A stretch of 64,000 bases of DNA. Source: a virus (taxonomy: Duplodnaviria; Caudoviricetes). Under the pieces are notes generated by a model. The model was given only the letters and a program-made list of their open reading frames with translations. It was not told the origin of the DNA and did not search any database. The stretch covers positions 7,333 through 71,332 of the IMG/VR virus record IMGVR_UViG_3300009664_000002. One strand, given 5' to 3'. This document shows positions 19,585 through 27,090 of the stretch, piece after piece (the stretch's first letter is position 1; the number at the start of each line of letters is the position of its first letter). A program made the position numbers and the translations under genes.

Positions 19585-19655
19585 ACGTCTTTGGTGTAAT
19601 GGTAGCATAAATCTCTCCAAAAGATTTGGTACTTGTTCGAATCGAGTAAGGCGTG
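19585..19655 (+). tRNA. tRNA-Trp(CCA)
   Basis: acgtctt/aaggcgt, G73, aatct-ctccaaa-agatt. Confidence 0.9.
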
Positions 19656-19742
19656 CAAAAAAAAATAAAAAATTTGTAACATTTTTTGGTTATTTACGTA
19701 AAAAGATATATATTTGAAAGGTTCTTTGAATTAATAGTATAT

Positions 19743-20096
19743 GGGGCATACAGGTTTTGATTATAAATTTGAGTAATGTGTAAGCAAGTAGTGATTGAAT
19801 TCTCACTAAAATAAGGTTCAAAACAATAAATGCAGAAGACTTAATGTCATTTCCAACTTCCATTACAATGGGAAGAAACACAATTGTAGAGAATATTGAA
19901 CTCGCAATTGCTGGTTAGGAAGCAGTAAATCAATAAAATCAATCAACTCATTCAAAGTTTGTCTATTCTTAAGAAATGTAAGATTGTAAAATTAGAATGT
20001 AAAAAATAGTCTATTTGTTGGTAAAAAAAACCAAATAAACTTGTAGAAAGCACAAAATTCTTTTATAAGACTTGGGTTCGATTCCCAAATGCTCCA
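19743..20096 (+). ncRNA. ssrA: tmRNA
   Basis: ggggcat...atgctcc-A acceptor with G3:U70, T-arm ttggg-ttcgatt-cccaa, resume context ataaat-GCA, tag ORF 19832-19918. Confidence 0.9.
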
Positions 20097-20121
20097 CTAA
20101 ATATTTAAAAAATAAAAAAAG

Positions 20122-20535
20122 ATGTCAGATTTTGAAAACTATAAAATAGATTTTGAAAACAATAAAATTCAAGAATTTATAAAAGAAATGAGAAAAAACG
20201 ATGGAATTTTAGAAAATCGTTTTTTTAAATTTGAAAAATATCTTGAAAATAATAGTTTTGATGATTTAATGCTTCGAATTATTGAAGAACACAATGATAA
20301 TTGGATTAATAATTGTTATTTGAAAAATTGTAAACCATATCCTAATAACAAACTATCATTTATTTTAGAATATGTTGAAAGAAAAGGTGAAAAAGTGATT
20401 GTTAATGAAATTAAATCAAATTTTGTAAATGAAATTTTTGAATTTAAAGGATATTATTTTCAATATATTTATGGTCAAGGTGTTTTAATAAAAATATATT
20501 TAAAAAAGAATTTAAAATTATTGTTATCTTTATAG
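20122..20535 (+). CDS. Hypothetical protein
   Basis: 137 aa ORF between tmRNA and tRNA-Leu. Confidence 0.7.
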   Translation: MSDFENYKIDFENNKIQEFIKEMRKNDGILENRFFKFEKYLENNSFDDLMLRIIEEHNDNWINNCYLKNCKPYPNNKLSFILEYVERKGEKVIVNEIKSNFVNEIFEFKGYYFQYIYGQGVLIKIYLKKNLKLLLSL

Positions 20536-20539
20536 ATAT

Positions 20540-20626
20540 GGCGAAGTGACGTAATTGGTAGCCGTGTTGGACTTAAAATCCAATGGTCAGTAATAGACCG
20601 TGTGGGTTCGAATCCCACCTTCGCTA
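20540..20626 (+). tRNA. tRNA-Leu(TAA)
   Basis: ggcgaag/cttcgct, ttgga-cttaaaa-tccaa, long variable arm. Confidence 0.93.
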
Positions 20627-20660
20627 CTTGGGTTCATCTTTCATTCGAAAGAAGGAAATA

Positions 20661-20698
20661 AAAAAAACGCAAACCAAAATGTTTAGCGTTTTTTTTTA
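20661..20698 (+). terminator. Intrinsic terminator after tRNA-Leu
   Basis: aaaacgcaaac...gtttagcgttttttt. Confidence 0.7.
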
Positions 20699-20718
20699 TT
20701 ATTTATTATAAAATTTTT

Positions 20719-20931
20719 ATGTTTGTGGAATTATTAGATTTAAAATATGGTGATGTAATAATGTTTTTATCATCAGATAAAACCAATCCAACGTTGGTTA
20801 TAAAAATATTTAGTATTGATGAAAACAAAATTATTGACTTTAATTCTAAGGAATATTTAACTATGGAAATAAAAGATAAGTATAATAAAGCATATATTTT
20901 AAACAGATGTAATGATGAATCAAAAGAATAA
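20719..20931 (+). CDS. Hypothetical protein
   Basis: 70 aa ORF. Confidence 0.55.
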   Translation: MFVELLDLKYGDVIMFLSSDKTNPTLVIKIFSIDENKIIDFNSKEYLTMEIKDKYNKAYILNRCNDESKE

Positions 20932-21229
20932 TATAAAAACAACCACAAATCGTAGTGAATTTAATAGAAAATACAAAAAATTTTTAGCAGATAGTGGTAA
21001 AATTAAATGTCGTTATTGTAAATATAATCAGGGTGAAAATAATAAAAATAAGTGGTATGGTGGAATAATAAAAAATATATTAGATTTATCTAACATAAAA
21101 TATCCAAATTGGAAATTGGTTTCTAAAAATCGTAAACAATGGATGAATAAAAAAACAAAATTTATTTTTAATAGAACAAAATTTGGTGATTTTTATTATG
21201 AAATAAAATTCAATAAAAAATATTTTTAA
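20912..21229 (+). CDS. Hypothetical basic protein with CxxC
   Basis: 105 aa ORF, IKCRYCKY. Confidence 0.6.
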   Translation: MMNQKNNIKTTTNRSEFNRKYKKFLADSGKIKCRYCKYNQGENNKNKWYGGIIKNILDLSNIKYPNWKLVSKNRKQWMNKKTKFIFNRTKFGDFYYEIKFNKKYF

Positions 21230-21660
21230 AAAATAATATAACAAACATTGGTTTTAAAATCAAATTCTAATTCTTGGATATAAATCGAATCATTAATTTT
21301 AAAATTATTATCTTCATTAATATGAAATTTCCAATCAATATCACTAATATTTTTTTTGTTTTCTTGTTCTAATTCATCTGTTTGTCTGTTGTAATATTCA
21401 AGCAAATAATAACCATTAATGTTTTTTATATCTATTCCAATATTTTCAATACCCATTCTATTAATCCAAAAATTAATACCCCAATTTATATTTATGTCAT
21501 ATTCATTAATATAAACATCAAAATCGGAAGTAAAACTACTATAATTATAAAATGAACATTTTGGTATTTTTTGGGTAAAATTAAATCTATCATCTGATAT
21601 TTCTAAACCTTCGTTTAAAAAATTTAAAATTTCACAATTGATTAATTTTTTAAATTTCAT
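21226..21660 (-). CDS. Hypothetical protein with N-terminal LINCEILNFLNE motif
   Basis: 144 aa ORF. Confidence 0.7.
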   Translation of the reverse strand: MKFKKLINCEILNFLNEGLEISDDRFNFTQKIPKCSFYNYSSFTSDFDVYINEYDININWGINFWINRMGIENIGIDIKNINGYYLLEYYNRQTDELEQENKKNISDIDWKFHINEDNNFKINDSIYIQELEFDFKTNVCYIIF

Positions 21661-21737
21661 AAATTCATATTTTTATAATAAATAGTTTGATTTTTATTGA
21701 AAATAAAATATCTTTGTTATTTAAATTTTTATAAAAA

Positions 21738-22241
21738 ATGCAAGAATATACATCAAAAAATTCTTCTATTAAACAAATACCATTTGGTTTTAAAATAGTT
21801 GATAAATATTTTGGTTGGAAACCAAATTCAATCAATTTAGACATTGGTGGTGGTAAATATGACTTATTTACAAATAAATTAAAAGAAAAAAGAGTAACAA
21901 ATTTAATTTATGACCCATTTAATAGAACAAAAGATTTTAATGAAAATTCATTAAATTATGCAACAAAATTTGGTGTTGATACTGTTACTATATTTAATGT
22001 TTTAAATGTAATTAAAGAATATGATATTCAAATAAGTATAATAAAATTAGGTTTTGATGTTTTAAAAAATAATGGAATGATTTTTATTCGTTCAACATAT
22101 AAAAACCCTAAAGGATATTCAACCGAAACAAAACCAGATGTCTTTCAACATTATTTAACAATGAATGATTATTTAAATATAACAAAAACAATATTTCCCA
22201 ACGCAATTTTAAAATACGGAATTATATATGGAATTAAATAA
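21738..22241 (+). CDS. Class I SAM-dependent methyltransferase
   Basis: NLDIGGGKYD motif I, IYDPFN, DTVTIFNVLNVI. Confidence 0.75.
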   Translation: MQEYTSKNSSIKQIPFGFKIVDKYFGWKPNSINLDIGGGKYDLFTNKLKEKRVTNLIYDPFNRTKDFNENSLNYATKFGVDTVTIFNVLNVIKEYDIQISIIKLGFDVLKNNGMIFIRSTYKNPKGYSTETKPDVFQHYLTMNDYLNITKTIFPNAILKYGIIYGIK

Positions 22242-23256
22242 AAATACTAATATTTTTGTTAATAAAAAATATTGGAAAAACATGAATGATAATGAAATTG
22301 AAAATTTTGTTAATGAAATTTTTATATATTATAGAAAAAATGGTTTTCCATATTATTCAACAACTGATGAATATAGAAAATCGGAATTTTCAAAGTTAAT
22401 AAATTTTAATTATGAAAATTTATGGTATGAAGACATTATTGGACAATCAATGCATGGTTTGGGACTGGCATGGTCATATTTTCCACATTCTTTTAATGTA
22501 AAATGTAATAATAAGATAACACCATATGAAGCATTTTTTGATGATAAAATTTTTAAAGATGTTATTCGTAAAAGATTAAAAATTGGTACTTATATTTCAG
22601 ATTCTGGAATCAGAAAAATGTTAAAAATTCATACTGGTGTTCAAGGTGTGTCTAATTTTAGACCAACTGCTGCTGCATGTATATATAAAAAATATGGAAA
22701 TGGTGGTACTGTTTGGGATATGTCAAGTGGGTGGGGTGGTCGTTTACTTGGTGCAATAATTAGTAATAATGTTAGTAAATACATTGGAACAGAACCATCA
22801 AAAAAAACATATGATGGATTATTTGAATTAGCAAAAGATTTTAGTGGTAATATGAAATATGAATTAAATTTATGTGGTAGTGAAGAATATATTCCACATA
22901 AAAATAGTTTAGATTTATGTTTTACATCACCACCATATTTTAATTTAGAAAAATATTCAAACGAACATACTCAAAGTTATTTAAAATACCCATTATTAGA
23001 TGATTGGATTGAAAATTTTTTAAAAAAAACAATAATAAATTGTTATCATGGATTGAAAAAAAATGGTTTTTTAATCATCAATATTTCAGATAATCCCAAA
23101 AATAATTTAAATCTTGAATTGAATACAATACAAATTGCAAATTTTATTGGTTTTAAACATATTGAAACAATAAAATTAACATTATCTAATGTTAATTTAC
23201 GTAATAAAAATAGTAAATATAAATATGAACCAATATTTGTTTTTAAAAAAAATTGA
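22228..23256 (+). CDS. Amino (N4-C/N6-A) DNA methyltransferase
   Basis: WDMSSGWGGRLLG SAM-binding motif and FTSPPYFNLEKY catalytic motif. Confidence 0.85.
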   Translation: MELNKNTNIFVNKKYWKNMNDNEIENFVNEIFIYYRKNGFPYYSTTDEYRKSEFSKLINFNYENLWYEDIIGQSMHGLGLAWSYFPHSFNVKCNNKITPYEAFFDDKIFKDVIRKRLKIGTYISDSGIRKMLKIHTGVQGVSNFRPTAAACIYKKYGNGGTVWDMSSGWGGRLLGAIISNNVSKYIGTEPSKKTYDGLFELAKDFSGNMKYELNLCGSEEYIPHKNSLDLCFTSPPYFNLEKYSNEHTQSYLKYPLLDDWIENFLKKTIINCYHGLKKNGFLIINISDNPKNNLNLELNTIQIANFIGFKHIETIKLTLSNVNLRNKNSKYKYEPIFVFKKN

Positions 23257-23308
23257 TTTTTTTGTAACAAAGTTTTAATATTTTCGTATTAAAAAAATAA
23301 AAAAGGAA

Positions 23309-24409
23309 ATGGATTATTTAAAAAAAATAGATTGGAATGTTTTAAATAATTATATTAATGATGGTTTAATTACAAAAAACAAGCATCCTGAATATGACAT
23401 TTGGGTATTAAATTATTCACCAAAAACTCAAGCAAAAGGTTTGTGGGATTTATATACATTATCGTGTAGAGGACTAATTATTGATATTGATGGTAATATA
23501 TTGGCAAGACCATTTCAAAAATTTAAAAATATTGAAGAACATGATGAATCAGAATTTGATTTAACACAAGATTTTGATATTTTTGAAAAATTAGATGGTT
23601 CTTTAATCATATTATTTTATTATAAATCACAAATGAAATGGATTGTTGCATCAAGAGGTTCTTTTATTTCTGAACAGTCAATTGAAGCAAAAAAAATGTT
23701 ATATAAAGATTTAAATTTATTTAAAAAACTTAATAAAAAATGTACTTATTTGTTTGAAATCATATATAAAAAAAATCGTATTGTTGTTGATTATGGTGAT
23801 ATGTATGATTTAATATTGTTGTCAAGAATTGAAACCAATACAAATTTTGAATTGTTTTATGATGACTTAGTTGATAAATATTCTAAAATATTTACTATTG
23901 TAAATAAAATAAATATTAAAATTAATAATATATATGAATTAAAACAATTAAATGAAAAAAATAAAGAAGGGTTTGTTGTTAGATTTTTTAATGGATTTAG
24001 AGTAAAAATAAAATTTGAAGAATACGTTAGATTACATGGTATTTTAACTAATGTTTCCAATATAATAATATGGGAACATTTAAAAAATAATTATGATTTT
24101 AATAAAATCTTTGATAAAATACCAGACGAATTTTATAATTGGATTGTAAAAACAAAAAAAGAAATAATTTCTGAATATAATGAAATCGAAAGAAACGCAT
24201 TAAAAGAATTTATAAAAATATTTCATATTAATAATATTAAAGAACGTAAATCATTTGCTTTAGAATCTTTAAAAACAAACTATTCTTCAATATTATTTAA
24301 ATTGTATGATAAAAAAGAATATAATTATATTATTTGGGATATGATTAAACCAAAATATTCAAAACCGTTTAATAATAATGATAATATTAATGATTTGAAT
24401 TTATTGTAG
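23309..24409 (+). CDS. RNA ligase, T4 Rnl1 (RnlA) family
   Basis: EKLDGSL adenylation motif I, CRGLI...ARPFQKF, EGFVV, VKIK. Confidence 0.88.
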   Translation: MDYLKKIDWNVLNNYINDGLITKNKHPEYDIWVLNYSPKTQAKGLWDLYTLSCRGLIIDIDGNILARPFQKFKNIEEHDESEFDLTQDFDIFEKLDGSLIILFYYKSQMKWIVASRGSFISEQSIEAKKMLYKDLNLFKKLNKKCTYLFEIIYKKNRIVVDYGDMYDLILLSRIETNTNFELFYDDLVDKYSKIFTIVNKINIKINNIYELKQLNEKNKEGFVVRFFNGFRVKIKFEEYVRLHGILTNVSNIIIWEHLKNNYDFNKIFDKIPDEFYNWIVKTKKEIISEYNEIERNALKEFIKIFHINNIKERKSFALESLKTNYSSILFKLYDKKEYNYIIWDMIKPKYSKPFNNNDNINDLNLL

Positions 24410-24450
24410 TTATATTTTAAACATTGAACACGTTTTAAAAAAAGAGAAAT

Positions 24451-24729
24451 ATGTTTGATATAGAAAATAGAAAATTAACGAATGAAGATATTAATGGTTT
24501 ATTAATTGATACCGAAAAAACAATAAATTTTTTAATTTATAGTTTAATTCATAAACCAACATTTAATGATGATGGATTTAAAGCAATTGTAAACATATTT
24601 AAATCAATGATTATAAATAATGCACTAAAAAACAATAAATTAATAATTAAAAACAAAGACGAATTTCTTGAAAATATTAAAACTGAAATTAATAAAATTG
24701 TAAAAATATATACTAATATTGAATTATAA
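24451..24729 (+). CDS. Small paralogous family protein (copy 1)
   Basis: Similar to 24719, 25172 and 25467. Confidence 0.7.
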   Translation: MFDIENRKLTNEDINGLLIDTEKTINFLIYSLIHKPTFNDDGFKAIVNIFKSMIINNALKNNKLIIKNKDEFLENIKTEINKIVKIYTNIEL

Positions 24730-25030
24730 TAAAATGGAAGAACTGACAAATGATATTATAAATCAATTTTTAATTCAAATTGAAAATGAAATTAATAATT
24801 TTGAAAAAAATAATGGATTTGAATTAGAGTTTAATGAAAATTCTATTTATGCAATAACGTCATTATTTACAATGGCAATTGTAGATAAATTACAAAAACT
24901 ACAAAAAGAAGAAAAACTTTCAATGGAAGATACTATAAATATGGCATCATCAGTTGGTGGTGAAATAAATAAGATTATGAAAAAATATGTTAACATTGAA
25001 AATATTAACGATAATACTAATGAAAAATAA
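24719..25030 (+). CDS. Small paralogous family protein (copy 2)
   Basis: LIQIENEINN...LFTMAIVDKLQ. Confidence 0.7.
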   Translation: MNYNKMEELTNDIINQFLIQIENEINNFEKNNGFELEFNENSIYAITSLFTMAIVDKLQKLQKEEKLSMEDTINMASSVGGEINKIMKKYVNIENINDNTNEK

Positions 25031-25035
25031 ATAAA

Positions 25036-25167
25036 ATGGATGGTATAATAAATAAAAAATTTGAAAAGATTTATGAATTATTAATAGATATGGAAAACAA
25101 TTTTGTTGAAAACATTGAAGCAGAATTTAATAAAACTATAAAAATATATACAAATATTAAATTATAA
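25036..25167 (+). CDS. Short/truncated member of the paralog family
   Basis: MDGIINKKFEK...KTIKIYTNIKL shares its C-terminus with copy 1. Confidence 0.5.
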   Translation: MDGIINKKFEKIYELLIDMENNFVENIEAEFNKTIKIYTNIKL

Positions 25168-25171
25168 CATC

Positions 25172-25459
25172 ATGGAAAATTTAATAAATAAAACGTTAAA
25201 TCAAAATTTAATTCAAATTGAAAATGAAATCAATAATTTAAAAAATAATAATAAATTTAAATTGTATTTTAATGATGATTGTGTAATTTCCATAATATCT
25301 TTATTTACAATTGCACTTATTGATAAAATACAAGAATTACAAGAAAATGAAAATCTTTCCATTGAAGATACAAAAAATATGGTCTTATCTATATCTATGG
25401 GTGAAAAAATAAAAGATATTATAAAAAAATATTTTTATAATATAAACATTAATAATTAA
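25172..25459 (+). CDS. Small paralogous family protein (copy 3)
   Basis: LIQIENEINN...LFTIALIDKIQ. Confidence 0.7.
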   Translation: MENLINKTLNQNLIQIENEINNLKNNNKFKLYFNDDCVISIISLFTIALIDKIQELQENENLSIEDTKNMVLSISMGEKIKDIIKKYFYNININN

Positions 25460-25466
25460 ATAAAAA

Positions 25467-25751
25467 ATGATTGGTAAATTATTAAATTCACAATTAATTG
25501 AAATTGAGAATCAAATTTGGGATTTTGAATCCAAAAATGGTGGAAAACCAGAATATTCAATGGAAGGTTTTAGGGCAATTATTAAAATATTTAGTTCTGG
25601 TATTCTTGATAAAATGTGGGAATTCCAAGAAAATAAAAACATGAATTTAATTGAAAAAAGAAAAATGATTCTTAATTTTTCTAATGAATTGAATGATATA
25701 ATAAAAAAATATACTGATATTGAAACAAAAAAATTGTATGAAAAATTTTAA
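25467..25751 (+). CDS. Small paralogous family protein (copy 4)
   Basis: LIEIENQIWDFE...GFRAIIKIFS. Confidence 0.7.
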   Translation: MIGKLLNSQLIEIENQIWDFESKNGGKPEYSMEGFRAIIKIFSSGILDKMWEFQENKNMNLIEKRKMILNFSNELNDIIKKYTDIETKKLYEKF

Positions 25752-25806
25752 TATTTTTGTAACAAATTTTTGTTTTATTCGTATTTATAACTACATTTGT
25801 AAAATT

Positions 25807-25884
25807 ATGATTAGAAATAACAAATATTACCACAGCATTAAATTCTATAAGAAGATTCTTATGGTAATGGGAATTCTATGTTGA
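25807..25884 (+). CDS. Attenuator leader peptide 3 (MIRNNKYYHSIKFYKKILMVMGILC)
   Basis: 7 Lys/Tyr among residues 6-16; precedes tRNA-Lys and tRNA-Tyr. Confidence 0.8.
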   Translation: MIRNNKYYHSIKFYKKILMVMGILC

Positions 25885-25911
25885 TATTTGTTAAATATTT
25901 TAAAAAATATT

Positions 25912-25947
25912 AAAACCCGATTCCCAATAAATGAATCGGGTTTTTTT
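25912..25947 (+). terminator. Attenuator terminator 3
   Basis: aaaacccgattc/gaatcgggtttt hairpin with U-tract; tgggaat (25868-74) can pair with attccca (25920-26). Confidence 0.85.
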
Positions 25948-26020
25948 GTGTTCGTAACTCAATTGGTAGAGTACCACACTTTTAATGTGGGAGTTATGGG
26001 TTCAAATCCCATCGGACACA
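25948..26020 (+). tRNA. tRNA-Lys(TTT)
   Basis: gtgttcg/cggacac, ccaca-cttttaa-tgtgg. Confidence 0.93.
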
Positions 26021-26023
26021 CTT

Positions 26024-26117
26024 GGATGTCTAACGGCAGCAGACTGTAAATCTGCCCCACTTGAAAAAATTGTCGTATTGGTGTAGTGGTAGGGGGGTTC
26101 AAATCCCTCGGCATCCA
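26024..26117 (+). tRNA. tRNA-Tyr(GTA), non-canonical (D-arm relocated)
   Basis: ggatgtc/ggcatcc, gcaga-ctgtaaa-tctgc, T-arm; 8-nt 5' linker and 37-nt post-anticodon segment. Confidence 0.75.
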
Positions 26118-26202
26118 CAAATTTTTATTTTATTTTTTTGATTTTTTATTTATTATTATTATTTTTGTCTAAAAATAACAACTATTAATAATAAAGTTAA
26201 TT

Positions 26203-26916
26203 ATGGCAAAAAAGAAAAAAACAATCAAAAAAACAATTATTAAAGAAATAATTGAAACCAACGAAAAAACTCATATTATTTCTATTTTAGATAGAAGTGG
26301 TTCAATGGCGAATATTATTTCAGATAGTATTGGTGGATTTAATACTTTTTTAAAACAACAAAAAGAATTACCTGATGATGCAACAATAACAATTGTATTA
26401 TTTGATGATGAATATGAAGTTTTATATAGTAATGTTAATATTAAAAATGTTGATTTACTTACTGATAAAATTTGGACACCACGTGGTACTACAGCATTAT
26501 ATGATGCAATTGGTAAAACTATTAATAGTGAAAAAATAAAACTTAATAAATTAAAAGATGAAGCACCAGATAAAGTTTTGGTTTGTATTGTTACTGATGG
26601 AATGGAAAATGCTAGTCGGGAATTTAGATTGGATGATATAAAAAAAATGATTAAAGATTGTGAAAATGATAATTGGAATTTTATTTATTTAGCAGCAAAT
26701 CAAGATGCATTTAGTGTAGGACGTTCATTTGGTATTAGTGGTGGAAACACATTTACATATACAGCCGACATTGATGGTGTTAAAAATGTCATGGATTTAT
26801 TGGGTCAGACTACTTCGTTATATAGAAGTATGAGTAGTACATCAACATCATTTCAAGCAGATTCGAAAAATTTGATAACTAATGATTTTGAAGAATCGGA
26901 TGAAAATGATGAATAA
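26203..26916 (+). CDS. vWA domain protein
   Basis: MIDAS ILDRSGSM, GTTALYDAIG, IVTDGMEN. Confidence 0.88.
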   Translation: MAKKKKTIKKTIIKEIIETNEKTHIISILDRSGSMANIISDSIGGFNTFLKQQKELPDDATITIVLFDDEYEVLYSNVNIKNVDLLTDKIWTPRGTTALYDAIGKTINSEKIKLNKLKDEAPDKVLVCIVTDGMENASREFRLDDIKKMIKDCENDNWNFIYLAANQDAFSVGRSFGISGGNTFTYTADIDGVKNVMDLLGQTTSLYRSMSSTSTSFQADSKNLITNDFEESDENDE

Positions 26917-26933
26917 TTTTTTTTAAAGAAAGA

Positions 26934-26965
26934 AAAGTGGGCATTTATTTGCCCTTTTTTTTTTC
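26934..26965 (+). terminator. Probable terminator after the vWA gene
   Basis: gggca...tgccc hairpin followed by a long T-run. Confidence 0.55.
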
Positions 26966-27090
26966 TAAAAATTTAAAAATCAAGAAATAAATTTTTATTT
27001 TTATTTTGTTGGGATACATTTCTAAAGTCTTCTATTTATTGATAGAATAGAAAAATTAATAAAGAAAAAAAACGTAAAATTTTAAAAATT

